Origin: an uncultured Alphaproteobacteria bacterium
GTDB lineage: Bacteria; Pseudomonadota; Alphaproteobacteria; RF32; CAG-239
Length of the DNA: 64,000 nt
Assembly (NCBI GenBank): GCA_944393225.1
Contig: CALXZK010000001.1
Span: 109,522-173,521, forward strand
Reading direction: 5' to 3'
The notes under the pieces are model-generated. The model saw nothing but the letters and a program-made list of their open reading frames with translations. It searched no databases and was not told where the DNA came from. The position numbers and the translations under genes were made by a program. Below are positions 1 through 8,855 of this stretch, piece by piece (within the stretch, counting starts at the first letter, position 1; every line of letters starts with the position of its first letter).

Positions 1-369
1 TTTCTTTTCTTCTTCATCTTTGGCATTATCTTCTTTTTCATTTACAGAATCTTCTTTATCTGCCGTTTGAGATTTTTCTTTTTCAGATACTTTTTTATCT
101 TTATCAGCAGCATTTTCTTTTTCTGCTTTATTTTTATTTTCAGTTTTATCTTGGGCAGAAACTTTGTCTTTATTTTCACTTGCAGGAGTTTTTACCGTTT
201 CTTTTTGAGAAACGGTTTCGTTTTTGGAAGATACAAACGATAAGTCTGAGGTATTTTTTTCCAAAATACCGGCAAAACTCTCACCGTCAGCGCCCATAAA
301 ATTGGTCTGAGATATCAGTTTGTTGAACTGAGCAACGACATTCATTTTATTTAATTCATTAACTTCCAT
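1..369 (-). CDS. hypothetical protein, N-terminal fragment (gene runs off left edge); Lys/Glu/Asp-rich low-complexity region
   Basis: ATG at 369 on the minus strand. The frame is open to position 1 (checked codon by codon, no tta/cta/tca in frame). Translation is MEVNELNKMNVVAQFNKLISQTNFMGADGESFAGILEKN..., then K/E/D-rich. It is absent from the ORF track because there is no stop in the window. It lies downstream of flaF, so a flagellar role is possible but unproven. Confidence 0.45.
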   Translation of the reverse strand, partial: MEVNELNKMNVVAQFNKLISQTNFMGADGESFAGILEKNTSDLSFVSSKNETVSQKETVKTPASENKDKVSAQDKTENKNKAEKENAADKDKKVSEKEKSQTADKEDSVNEKEDNAKDEEEKK

Positions 370-449
370 GTTTCTTTCATCCTAACAAATGATTAGCTTT
401 GGAGTTATATGCAAAATGCGTGCCAAAAAAATATTTTCACTATATATAC

Positions 450-491
450 AAAAAAAGAGGTTCTGTTTTTATCAGAACCTCTTTTCATTTT
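450..491. terminator. Rho-independent terminator downstream of flaF (bidirectional hairpin)
   Basis: Perfect 10-bp stem agaggttctg/cagaacctct (456-465/473-482) with a 7-nt loop. It is flanked by an A7 run upstream and a T-rich run downstream. Confidence 0.8.
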
Positions 492-504
492 TTACCAAAA
501 AAAC

Positions 505-879
505 TTATTCTTGTTCGTTGGGTTTTTCTGCCAAACCTCTGGCAATATTCATATTTATATTGATTAAAATATCTAAACTCTCAGGCTTGGGGTTTGCTAG
601 GATCTCTAATGTTCGCTTAAAGACAAAAACGGCAAGAGAAAGCAAATTTTGACGCAATTCCTGAGGTTGCGGTGAAGAATTATCACTCATTGCTCCAGCA
701 ATAATCGTCCACAGACGACGATTTTTTTCCAAAGCATCATCCAGGTCACCGATATTTTGTTCCCAATTTTCTTTTATTTGATTGAGTCTTGACGCCGTTT
801 TAATCAAAGCTCTACTTTCAAGCTCAACCTGATTCATTCCGGAAACTTCTGTTTTGGCATACCGTTGTGATATATTCAT
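505..879 (-). CDS. flaF: flagellar biosynthesis regulator FlaF
   Basis: 124 aa with FlaF-like features: N-terminal YAKTE...ELESRALIKTA, central NRRLWTII, and C-terminal LRQNLLSLAVFVFKRT. Size and layout are typical of alphaproteobacterial FlaF. Confidence 0.8.
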   Translation of the reverse strand: MNISQRYAKTEVSGMNQVELESRALIKTASRLNQIKENWEQNIGDLDDALEKNRRLWTIIAGAMSDNSSPQPQELRQNLLSLAVFVFKRTLEILANPKPESLDILININMNIARGLAEKPNEQE

Positions 880-990
880 TATTCTCCCTCTAAAAAGATT
901 AAAACATTATCTAAAATATTTTTTAACATTATTTGGTTAAATTATTATAAAAGAGATAAGCTATTATATAAATTTTTAGGATAAATCGCA

Positions 991-1929
991 ATGAACAAGC
1001 TGTTATTTGTACTTTTTTGCTCCTGTTTAACTTTTCTTTACAACGAAGAAGTTTCAGCTCAAATGAAAAATTTGACCAACATGGCTAAAAGCAGTGATGA
1101 AATTTCAATTACGGGATATATGAACTATCCCCCGATTGGCTTTGCACAAGAATATTTTGCGCCAAAGAACGACAAGCCTTATTACTCTTTTCGCTCCGTG
1201 TTTGAAGATATTATGCAAGAACTCAAAGAAAACAGTAATCTTAAAATGACTTATCGTTATGCCCCAAACGAAAAAGATGATAAATTTATCGCCAGTATCA
1301 ATGCCGGTGAAATTGATATTTTTCTTGGCGCATATTATGATACAAAAAAATTTCAACGCGTTGAGTTGATTTATCCTTCTATTTTAAATAATCCGGTAAC
1401 ATTGATTACAATGCCGGAAACCTCCGCACAAATTAAAAATCTGGCTCAACTTAAAGATATGAAAGGCGCCGTTTGTAATCAAGATGAATTCTCCGATTAT
1501 GTCAAAAAACAAATGAAAGAATATAATCTGGTTTATGTCGATACCCCTTATCAACTTTTTGAAAGGCTTTATACCGGCGAAGTTGACTTTGTTTTTGCTA
1601 CACAATATTTCGGAATTATTGAAGCCTCAAAACTCGGCATCCGCGATTATTTGAGTTTTTCCAAACAAATCATTTGGAACATGCCCCTTTTTATCGGCAT
1701 TTCTCAGTTTTCACCCAACCGTAAATTTTTAAGACAAAAGCTTTCTTCTTATTCCGAACGCCCCGAAAACAAGGCTAAGCTCGAACAAAAACTTCATGAT
1801 ATGATTCAGCAAGTGGAACTCCAAAACAGAGGTGTTGTTCCTCCGGCATATGTTAAACAAGAAAATCAAGATAGTGTCACATCATCTCTTGACGTTTTAC
1901 CACAAGAGGATAAAATTCTGGCAGAATAA
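991..1929 (+). CDS. periplasmic solute-binding protein, family-3 (amino-acid/ABC-type substrate-binding domain)
   Basis: Signal peptide MNKLLFVLFCSCLTFLYNEEVSA. Family-3 SBP-like core (ITGYMNYPPIGF..., GEIDIFLGAYY, GEVDFVFATQY). No adjacent permease or ATPase. Confidence 0.55.
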   Translation: MNKLLFVLFCSCLTFLYNEEVSAQMKNLTNMAKSSDEISITGYMNYPPIGFAQEYFAPKNDKPYYSFRSVFEDIMQELKENSNLKMTYRYAPNEKDDKFIASINAGEIDIFLGAYYDTKKFQRVELIYPSILNNPVTLITMPETSAQIKNLAQLKDMKGAVCNQDEFSDYVKKQMKEYNLVYVDTPYQLFERLYTGEVDFVFATQYFGIIEASKLGIRDYLSFSKQIIWNMPLFIGISQFSPNRKFLRQKLSSYSERPENKAKLEQKLHDMIQQVELQNRGVVPPAYVKQENQDSVTSSLDVLPQEDKILAE

Positions 1930-1946
1930 TTTACGGGATTAAGAAA

Positions 1947-2612
1947 ATGGTTTTATTGATTCAACATCCGGTTTCACCGCAAAGCCGAAAAATCAGAATC
2001 GGCATGAGCGAAAAAAAGATGCTTTTCATTTTGCGTAATGAAGAGCCTTGGAACTTATCGCAAGATGTGTATAAGCTCAATCCGGCAGGAGAACTTCCCA
2101 TTTTTCTTAATGACGGAATGGCTTTGTGCGGTCATAATGCCATTATGGAATATTTGGAAGAAACTAGCCGCGAAGTTAAACTTATGCCCGAAACACCCAA
2201 AGAACGCGCTGAAGTTCGCCGTTTGATTGAGTGGTTTGATGATAAATTTTATCGTGAAGTTTATCGCAATATCGTGTGCGAAAAGGTACACAAACGTTTT
2301 TCTAAAGGTCTGGCTCCTGATTCCAAAATTTTGAAAATCGGGCTGAATAACCTCAATTTTCATATGGAATATATTGACTGGCTCATTGAAAGAAGAAATT
2401 ATATTGCCGGAGAAGATTTAACTTGGGCAGACATTGCCGCTGCGGCACACCTTTCCGTAATTGATTATTTGGGAGATGTTCCATGGGACGGATATCGTAA
2501 TGCAAAATTGTGGTATTCGAAAATTAAATCTCGCCCCAGCTTCAAAGATATTCTTAAAGACAGTATCAAGGGAATATTGCCTTCCAAACATTATGCTGAT
2601 TTAGATTTTTAG
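1947..2612 (+). CDS. glutathione S-transferase family protein
   Basis: GST N-terminal thioredoxin-like motif (NPAGELPIFLNDGMALCGHNAIMEYLEE) and a helical C-terminal domain (WADIAAAAHLS..., WYSKIKSRPSF). Confidence 0.8.
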   Translation: MVLLIQHPVSPQSRKIRIGMSEKKMLFILRNEEPWNLSQDVYKLNPAGELPIFLNDGMALCGHNAIMEYLEETSREVKLMPETPKERAEVRRLIEWFDDKFYREVYRNIVCEKVHKRFSKGLAPDSKILKIGLNNLNFHMEYIDWLIERRNYIAGEDLTWADIAAAAHLSVIDYLGDVPWDGYRNAKLWYSKIKSRPSFKDILKDSIKGILPSKHYADLDF

Positions 2613-2617
2613 AAAGT

Positions 2618-3094
2618 ATGCTCATGAATAAAAATATTTTTGCCGCTTTGCTTATATGCTCTGTTTTACCCGCATGTTCTTTTTATGATGATGAACCGCA
2701 AGGACAGATTGTATATCATTGGGCCAAAGAAAATACCGGCGTACAAAAATTTTCTAAAGACCATTCCGAATGTATGCGCATTGCCGAACCAACTCGCTGG
2801 ATGCCCGATGTTTCCAGTTGGTTTTACTCTGAAGAAGCTAAATTAAAAATTCGTGCCGATTGGCATGCCGGCAAAGGCATTTGGGCTTCTTACGTTCCTT
2901 ATGTCGGCGCCCAACCTTTAATCGTTAATTCTTTACGTGATGACAGCGAAGTCAGCCCAAAAAAATATCGTCAGTGCATGGAAAGCAGAGGCTATTGGCA
3001 CCGCAATGCCAATATCCCCGAAATCACTAATATTTATGTATATAAACCGCAACGTGTTTTGCAGAACAAACCTTTTGATCCGGGCGATTTATAA
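2618..3094 (+). CDS. hypothetical lipoprotein
   Basis: Lipobox LLICSVLPAC|S after a short N-terminus. No recognisable domain. Its 3' end overlaps the convergent hydrolase gene by 6 nt. Confidence 0.6.
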   Translation: MLMNKNIFAALLICSVLPACSFYDDEPQGQIVYHWAKENTGVQKFSKDHSECMRIAEPTRWMPDVSSWFYSEEAKLKIRADWHAGKGIWASYVPYVGAQPLIVNSLRDDSEVSPKKYRQCMESRGYWHRNANIPEITNIYVYKPQRVLQNKPFDPGDL

Positions 3095-3853
3095 TCCGCA
3101 TACGGAAGCTAAAGATTTTTTCATTTCGGCAATATCCGTATCTCTGCCCAAACGGTGATTTCCGCCTTTGATGATTTTGACAACAACATCGTCAGAGTTC
3201 AAACATTTCATAATCTTAAACGGCTTATCCGGCATGACGTTTTTGTCTTCGCTTCCTTGTAACAGATGCACCGGACAATTTATCGAAAGAGGTCCCTGCA
3301 ACAACAAATTTTCTCTTGCCGTATCAAAAATTTTAGATGTGAAAATGTAGGTAAAATCTTTCATCGGAAACAGTATTTTTCCTTTTTCTTTCATTTCGGC
3401 TTTTTGCTCCGGCGTAAATATGTATTGTTCAATATCAAATGTAAAATCAGGAGCTGCTGCCAAACCGACCACACCTTTGACTTTTTGCGGACGCTCTTTG
3501 GCTGCAATCAAGCTCAGCCAACCGCCTAAAGAAGATCCGACCATAATAACCGGACCATCAACAACGTTATCCAACACTTCCAAAACTTGATTTTTCCAGA
3601 CATTAAAATCGATATTTTCATAATTGTCTTTATCGCTTCCGTGTCCGGCTAATTCGAATCGGCAAAAACCTAAATTATTTTCTTCACAAAATGCTTTCAC
3701 TTCATCAGGTTTTCTTCCCCAAGGGTCGGAGAAAAGACCATGTATGTAAACGATTGTCATATTTGCAGAGTTTTTGTGTGTTTTCAAAGATTTTTCTTGG
3801 CTTAATTCAATTTTGGCTGTAAATTTTGCTTTAAATGTGTGATTTTGTATCAT
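3089..3853 (-). CDS. alpha/beta-fold hydrolase
   Basis: IVYIHGLFS oxyanion region, nucleophile elbow GSSLGG, C-terminal GGNHRL. AGGAG RBS lies 7 nt upstream of the ATG at 3853. Confidence 0.8.
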   Translation of the reverse strand: MIQNHTFKAKFTAKIELSQEKSLKTHKNSANMTIVYIHGLFSDPWGRKPDEVKAFCEENNLGFCRFELAGHGSDKDNYENIDFNVWKNQVLEVLDNVVDGPVIMVGSSLGGWLSLIAAKERPQKVKGVVGLAAAPDFTFDIEQYIFTPEQKAEMKEKGKILFPMKDFTYIFTSKIFDTARENLLLQGPLSINCPVHLLQGSEDKNVMPDKPFKIMKCLNSDDVVVKIIKGGNHRLGRDTDIAEMKKSLASVCGL

Positions 3854-3897
3854 ATAAACACTCCTGTATTTTATTTATAGAGGATTTTAGAAAGAAA

Positions 3898-5052
3898 ATG
3901 GAAAAAGGTAAAGATAAAAAACCGGTTGTTTTACAGGTGTTACCGGAACTTGAAACCGGCGGTGTTGAACTCGGCACTGTTGAAATTGCATCCGAACTGA
4001 CAAAGCACGGCATTAAAAACTTTGTTGCTTCCAAGGGCGGTCGTATGGAACACGAGTTGCAAAAGCTCGGCGTACCTCATTTTACACTCAACCTGAAAAG
4101 CAAAAATCCTTTTACCATTTTAAAAAATGCCAAAAAGCTTGAAGCTTATATTAAAGAAAACGACATTAATATTGTTCATGCTCGTTCTCGTGCTCCGGCT
4201 TGGAGTGCTTATTTGGCAGCTAAACGTGCAGGTGTGCACTACATGGCAACATTCCACGGAACTTACGGTTTGGGTCCCTGGGGAATTAAAAAAATTTATA
4301 ACAAAGTTATGGTTATGGGTGAACGTGTTATCGTCATTTCCAACCACATCAAAAATCATGTTTTGAAAAACTATAAGGTTGATGAAAACAAATTGCGCCT
4401 TGTTTTTCGTTGCGTTAATTTAGAAAGATTTTCCCCCGAAGCTGTTACCCAAGAAAGAATGATTAACAAAATCAAAGAATATCACATTCCTGATGACAAA
4501 CCTGTTTTATTTTTGGGAGGCAGAATTACCAAATGGAAAGGTCAACATTTATTAATTGAAGCCCTCTCCAAAATGAAAAATCAAGATTATTACTGCATTA
4601 TTGCCGGTGATGAACAAGGTCGTGAAGAATATTTCAATAGTTTGTTTGCGTTGGCAAAAAAACTTAACCTCGGCAACAAAGTCGGCATTTATGGTAAAGT
4701 TTTGGATATGCCGGCAGCTATGATGGTTTCCGACGTGGTACTCTCCACCGCCATCGAGCCGGAAGCTTTTGGTCGAATTGCCATTGAAGGACAAGCCATG
4801 GGCAAGATTGTGGTTGCTTCAAACATCGGTGGTTCACTCGACTCCATTATTGACGGCGTTACCGGAAAACTCTATCAATATGACGATCCGCAAGCCTTGG
4901 CTGATGCTCTTGATTGGGCATTATCTCTTTCCATGAGCGAAAAGAAAAAAATTTCGGCTGCGGCTCAAAAAAATGTAAGAGAAAACTTTACCAAAGAAAT
5001 AATGTGTGATAAGACTATTAAAGTTTATGAAGAGCTTTTAGCAGAAAAATAG
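3898..5052 (+). CDS. glycosyltransferase family 4 (GT-B, RfaG-like)
   Basis: N-terminal VLQVLPELETGGVELGTVEIA and a C-terminal EPEAFGRIAIEGQAMGKIVVASNIGG (E-x7-E type) motif. Start moved from track position 3835 to the ATG at 3898 (MEKGKDKK), because 3835 overlaps the divergent gene. Confidence 0.8.
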   Translation: MEKGKDKKPVVLQVLPELETGGVELGTVEIASELTKHGIKNFVASKGGRMEHELQKLGVPHFTLNLKSKNPFTILKNAKKLEAYIKENDINIVHARSRAPAWSAYLAAKRAGVHYMATFHGTYGLGPWGIKKIYNKVMVMGERVIVISNHIKNHVLKNYKVDENKLRLVFRCVNLERFSPEAVTQERMINKIKEYHIPDDKPVLFLGGRITKWKGQHLLIEALSKMKNQDYYCIIAGDEQGREEYFNSLFALAKKLNLGNKVGIYGKVLDMPAAMMVSDVVLSTAIEPEAFGRIAIEGQAMGKIVVASNIGGSLDSIIDGVTGKLYQYDDPQALADALDWALSLSMSEKKKISAAAQKNVRENFTKEIMCDKTIKVYEELLAEK

Positions 5053-5149
5053 TTTTTCTGCGGTTTGATGAAGGATGCCATTGCCTTTGTGAAACTTGAT
5101 ATTTTTTAATGGCGTGATGATTAATTAAATAAAAAAAGGATATTTTAAT

Positions 5150-7081
5150 ATGGTTGCGATTAAATTGCCTGATGGCAGTATGTTAGATATGGAAAGCGGG
5201 GTCAATGGTTTTGACATCGCTAATAAAATCAGTTCTAGTTTGGCTAAAGCCGCTTTAGCTATCACCGTTAACGGAAAGACACAAGATTTAAGCACTCCTA
5301 TCACTACCGACGCAACCGTGACTATCATCACCGGCAAGGATAAAGAAGGCTTGGAAATTTTGCGTCACTCCTGCTCTCACGTTATGGCTCAAGCCGTTAA
5401 AGAGTTGTGGAAAGATGTTCAAGTAACAATCGGACCGGCTATTGAAAACGGTTTTTACTATGACTTTGCTCGCAAAGAACCGTTTACAACCGAAGATTTT
5501 GCTAAAATCGAAGCAAAAATGCACGAGATTGTTAAACGTGACGAAAAATTGGAACGCATTGTTATGCCGCGTAACGAAGCTATCAAATTTTTCAAAGACA
5601 AAGGCGAACACTACAAAGCCGAAATCATTGAAGATTTGCCGGAAGATGAAACTATTTCTCTTTATCGTCAAGGTGACTTTACCGACCTTTGCCGCGGTCC
5701 GCACGTACCTTCTACCGGCAAAATCGGTGATGCTTTCAAATTGATGAAAGTTGCCGGCGCTTACTGGCGCGGTGATGCAACAAAAGAAATGTTGCAACGT
5801 ATTTATGCTACAGCATGGGCTTCTAAAAAAGATTTGGATGAATACTTGAAAATGATGGAAGAAGCCGCTAAGCGCGACCACCGCAAACTCGGTAAAGAAA
5901 TGGATTTGTTCCACTTTGAACCGGAATATGCTCCGGGTGCCGTTTTCTGGCATGATAAAGGTTACAAAATCTATCGTAAGCTCATTGAATATATGCGCAA
6001 ACGTCAAGAAAACAACGGCTATATCGAAATTTCTACCCCGCGCGTGATGGATAGATGCTTGTGGGAAATTTCCGGTCACTGGGATAAATATGGTGCTCAT
6101 AACTACTCCGGTCAAACCGAAGATAAAAAATGGTTCTGCATTAAACCGATGAACTGCCCAGGTGGTTTGCTCGTTTACAAACAAGGTATTAAATCTTATC
6201 GTGATTTGCCGTTACGTATTGCAGAATTTGGTAAAGTAAACCGTTATGAAGCATCCGGTGCTTTGATGGGCTTGATGCGCGTACGTGAATTTACCCAAGA
6301 CGATGCCCACATTTTCTGCACTCCAGAACAAATGGAAGCTGAATGCATCACCACTTTGAAACTCATTTTGGATATTTATAAAGACTTTGGCTTCAAAGAT
6401 GTGAAGATTTATCTTTCTACTCGTCCGGACAGCATCTACCGAATCGGTTCCGATGAAATTTGGGATTTGTGCGAAAATTCTTTGGCTCATGCATTGGAAA
6501 GCCATGGTTACGCTTATGAGATTAACCCCGGTGAAGGTGCATTCTATGGTCCAAAGCTCGAATTCATTTTGAAAGATGCTATCGGTCGTGAATGGCAATG
6601 CGGTACAATTCAAGTTGATATGAACTTGCCGCAACGCTTTGATATTTCCTACATCGGCGAAGACGGTGAAAAACACCAACCGGTTATGTTGCACCGTGCT
6701 TTGTTTGGCTCAATCGAACGCTTCCTCGGTATTTTGATTGAAAACCATGCCGGAAAATTGCCTCTTTGGCTCTCTCCTGAACAAGTTGTGGTTTGCCCGA
6801 TTACCAGTGATATGGATGATTATGCCGAAGAAGTTACCAAACTTTTGAAAGCTAACGGACTTTATGCAAAATCTGATTTGCGTAACGAGAAAATCAGCTA
6901 CAAAGTTCGTGAACACTCTGTTGCTAAAATTCCGGTTATTGCCGTTGTCGGCGCCAAAGAAAAAGAAGACAGAACAGTTACGGTTCGTCGTATTGGTTCT
7001 GACAAGCAAGAGATTGTTAAACTTGATGACTTTATCAAAGCTTTGGTTGAAGAAGCCAAGATGCCGTCACAAGACAAATAA
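5150..7081 (+). CDS. thrS: threonine--tRNA ligase
   Basis: 643 aa with a TGS domain N-terminus, editing-domain HSCSHVMAQA, class II core (FRGPHV..., RVREFTQDDAHIF, GAFYGPKLEF) and a C-terminal anticodon-binding domain. Confidence 0.97.
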   Translation: MVAIKLPDGSMLDMESGVNGFDIANKISSSLAKAALAITVNGKTQDLSTPITTDATVTIITGKDKEGLEILRHSCSHVMAQAVKELWKDVQVTIGPAIENGFYYDFARKEPFTTEDFAKIEAKMHEIVKRDEKLERIVMPRNEAIKFFKDKGEHYKAEIIEDLPEDETISLYRQGDFTDLCRGPHVPSTGKIGDAFKLMKVAGAYWRGDATKEMLQRIYATAWASKKDLDEYLKMMEEAAKRDHRKLGKEMDLFHFEPEYAPGAVFWHDKGYKIYRKLIEYMRKRQENNGYIEISTPRVMDRCLWEISGHWDKYGAHNYSGQTEDKKWFCIKPMNCPGGLLVYKQGIKSYRDLPLRIAEFGKVNRYEASGALMGLMRVREFTQDDAHIFCTPEQMEAECITTLKLILDIYKDFGFKDVKIYLSTRPDSIYRIGSDEIWDLCENSLAHALESHGYAYEINPGEGAFYGPKLEFILKDAIGREWQCGTIQVDMNLPQRFDISYIGEDGEKHQPVMLHRALFGSIERFLGILIENHAGKLPLWLSPEQVVVCPITSDMDDYAEEVTKLLKANGLYAKSDLRNEKISYKVREHSVAKIPVIAVVGAKEKEDRTVTVRRIGSDKQEIVKLDDFIKALVEEAKMPSQDK

Positions 7082-7102
7082 TGTCAAAAATCAAAACCAA
7101 AT

Positions 7103-7131
7103 AAAGCCTCTTTTCAGAGGCTTTATTTTTT
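7103..7131 (+). terminator. Rho-independent terminator after thrS
   Basis: Stem aaagcctc/gaggcttt followed by attttttt. Confidence 0.8.
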
Positions 7132-7211
7132 ATGGCATTATTTTTGCATAACAATATTTTAACACTTGTTGTGTTATATAAAAGCATATTGATTTTTTAA
7201 GGGTAAAAAAT

Positions 7212-7442
7212 ATGACTAAATTTAGTGAAGAAGCCATTCGCGAGGCTGCTTATTACATTTGGAAAAACGGCGATAAAAAATATGATTGCGGTATGGATAA
7301 CTGGAATGCTGCCATCAACCAATTGCGTGCACAAAATGCCGCTGCCGTTTTGAAGCAAGGACAAATGTTTGGCACTGCAAAAAACAACCAAACGAACATC
7401 CTCAGAGCCGCAAGTTTATTGAAAAAAACATCTGTGCGATAA
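7212..7442 (+). CDS. small DUF2934-like protein
   Basis: 76 aa. EEAIREAAYYIWKNG...NWNAAINQL resembles the E-IR-RAY-IW...W..A motif of DUF2934. Confidence 0.5.
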   Translation: MTKFSEEAIREAAYYIWKNGDKKYDCGMDNWNAAINQLRAQNAAAVLKQGQMFGTAKNNQTNILRAASLLKKTSVR

Positions 7443-7480
7443 AAAGTGTTGATATTTTTTAAATTTATTAAAAATAATAC

Positions 7481-7509
7481 TAGACAATAAAAAAAATATG
7501 CTCTATAAA
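7481..7509 (+). promoter_or_regulatory. sigma70-type promoter of tRNA-Phe
   Basis: TAGACA-N17-TATAAA ends 17 nt upstream of the mature tRNA 5' end. Confidence 0.6.
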
Positions 7510-7525
7510 CACTTTCGTGATTGAT

Positions 7526-7601
<76 letters not shown>

Positions 7602-7611
7602 TTCTTTAAAG

Positions 7612-7636
7612 AAGTTCCGTTAAGGAACTTTTTTTT
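7612..7636 (+). terminator. terminator hairpin after tRNA-Phe
   Basis: aagttcc-gtta-ggaactt followed by T8. Confidence 0.8.
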
Positions 7637-7649
7637 GTTTTAAACGTAT

Positions 7650-7672
7650 CGGGATTGAACAGCCGACACGAG
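7650..7672. repeat. inverted copy of the tRNA-Phe variable-loop/T-arm segment
   Basis: cgggattgaacagccgacacgag is complementary at 21/23 positions to tRNA positions 7566-7588 (ctcgtgtcggcggttcgatcccg). Confidence 0.85.
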
Positions 7673-7844
7673 CGTGGAGGCGCCGGAGGAAAACAAACAA
7701 TTCTGTGAATTGTTTGTTGACGACGGGCTCGACAAGGTTAAACTTGCGGACGAGCGGCAGCGTTGGATGGCAAGTTTTAGCTTGGCGGTGACCGAAGCGA
7801 AGTTGTTGAGCTTATATAGATAAGCGAAACTTACGCAGCAAGAC

Positions 7845-7908
7845 CGATCCCGTGCCAAAGCACCATTCTTTGAAGAAGTTCCGTAAAGGAACTTTTTTTT
7901 GTTTTAAA
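7845..7908 (+). repeat. degenerate direct copy of tRNA-Phe 3' end plus its terminator
   Basis: The 64-nt block 7581-7644 recurs here with 59/64 identity, including the CCA end, the hairpin and the T8 run. The copy has no matching tRNA 5' half. Confidence 0.9.
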
Positions 7909-7910
7909 TT

Positions 7911-7955
7911 AAAAAAAAGCTGTTCAAACTTTTTACTCTGAACAGCTTTTCTTTT
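7911..7955. terminator. hairpin terminator (copy 1 of a repeated agctgttca...tgaacagct hairpin)
   Basis: Stem agctgttca/tgaacagct (7918-7926/7939-7947), flanked by an A8 run and ttttctttttt. Lies downstream of the minus-strand gene 7956-8339. Confidence 0.75.
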
Positions 7956-8339
7956 TTAGTCTTCAACGGTGATATAAGGCATTCCGCCAGGAAGTATTGC
8001 CCACATTTCTTGAGGCATGGTAAAAGAGACCTTGCCGATACCCAACCCCAACAAGAGCAACTTTTCCATGGTGCGGTGTTCTCCTGTCCAATGATTGTCA
8101 TTTTTATCTACGCACATGTTCAAAAAGGACATTCCTCCGCCCTTACTTTTGTAAAAACTATCAGGAAGTTCTGCCAAAAGAGAGCATATTTCTTCTTTAT
8201 GCGCAGACAGTTTTTCTTTAGCAAACATGACCGTGGTAACAATCCCTCGTACTGCAACAATTTGGTCTTCCGATAAAGACGCATTTTTTGGCAAACAATC
8301 TTTAAAAATATCTACCACAATTGATGGTGTTAACTTCAT
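7956..8339 (-). CDS. hypothetical protein (127 aa)
   Basis: Complete ORF with its own terminator. No motif I can assign (…GGGMSFLNMCVDKNDNHWTGEHRTMEKLLLLGLGIGKV…LPGGMPYI). Confidence 0.6.
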   Translation of the reverse strand: MKLTPSIVVDIFKDCLPKNASLSEDQIVAVRGIVTTVMFAKEKLSAHKEEICSLLAELPDSFYKSKGGGMSFLNMCVDKNDNHWTGEHRTMEKLLLLGLGIGKVSFTMPQEMWAILPGGMPYITVED

Positions 8340-8383
8340 AATTAAAAAAATTTTTATTGTAAAACGAATCTCTATTTCAACAT

Positions 8384-8420
8384 AAAGCTGTTCAAAGTTT
8401 TCCCCCTGAACAGCTTGTTT
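8384..8420. repeat. copy 2 of the agctgttca...tgaacagct hairpin
   Basis: Stem 8386-8394/8407-8415, identical in sequence to the stem at 7918-7947. Lies downstream of the minus-strand gene 8423-8719. Confidence 0.7.
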
Positions 8421-8422
8421 TC

Positions 8423-8719
8423 TTAGTTTTGTTGCTCCTTTAAATATTTTCTCTCCGGTATTTTAATTATGTACCATGAAAGACAATATCCGACTACAGG
8501 ACAAATCAGAGCAATGATACCCTTTAAAATACCTTGATGAAAAGACCCGATAACCGCTGCACCGACACTTGTACATAGCCCGACAATTAATACACCTAAC
8601 AACGGATTGGTTATCAAAGCTTCTCTGTTTTTGTACTTATTCGGAGAAACGTTGGCACATGCATATAATGCCCCCACCAAAGCAACGCAAAACATTGCAA
8701 TAAAAAATCTTACTTCCAT
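8423..8719 (-). CDS. small integral membrane protein (3 predicted TM helices)
   Basis: 98 aa, mostly hydrophobic (FFIAMFCVALVGALYA, LLGVLIVGLCTSVGAAVIG, IIALICPVVGYCLSWYII). Confidence 0.55.
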   Translation of the reverse strand: MEVRFFIAMFCVALVGALYACANVSPNKYKNREALITNPLLGVLIVGLCTSVGAAVIGSFHQGILKGIIALICPVVGYCLSWYIIKIPERKYLKEQQN

Positions 8720-8855
8720 AATATATCTATTTTAATAGTTAACTATGGCAAAGTTTAATCTGCTTCTGCAATTTTGGCAATATTTTATTTGCTTGAAATA
8801 TTGCAACTTTTTTGCTATTTTGCATTCCACTGTTTAATATTAAAAATTTTTTATT

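Noticed and set aside
5288-6184. Long antisense shadow ORFs inside well-supported genes. These are 5288-6184 (thrS), 6212-6694, 10240-10863 (CorC family), 13373-14260 (accC), 17913-18644 (DegT), 22519-23088 and 23997-24377 (flagellins), 35076-35988 (623-aa gene), 43050-43592 (ileS), 46140-46676 (tyrS), 57526-58035 and 61677-62303 (CorA family).
   Set aside because: Each is fully nested antisense to a gene with unambiguous family motifs. They have Phe/Ile/Asn-rich junk composition and no RBS. This is the typical stop-poor reverse frame of an AT-rich coding sequence.
7640-7858. 72-aa minus-strand ORF in the track (MARDRSCCVSFAY...), and an 18-aa plus-strand ORF at 7767-7823.
   Set aside because: Neither has an RBS. 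They lie in the GC-rich repeat-bounded insert, are Cys/Ser-rich with an implausible composition, and span the hairpins. I treated them as non-coding.
7645-7865. The GC-rich structured segment ending in ...GCACCA might be tmRNA (ssrA), including the permuted two-piece alphaproteobacterial form.
   Set aside because: No 5' strand complementary to the CCAAAGC acceptor 3' strand was found, and no G3:U70 pair is possible. The copied T-arm does not pair (GCAAG/CGTGC with an 8-nt loop). The only ORF ending in a hairpin stop (ASFSLAVTEAKLLSLYR*) lacks an ANDxx...LAA-type tag. Neither strand contains an ANDN-coding string. The tail is better explained as a degenerate copy of the tRNA-Phe end.
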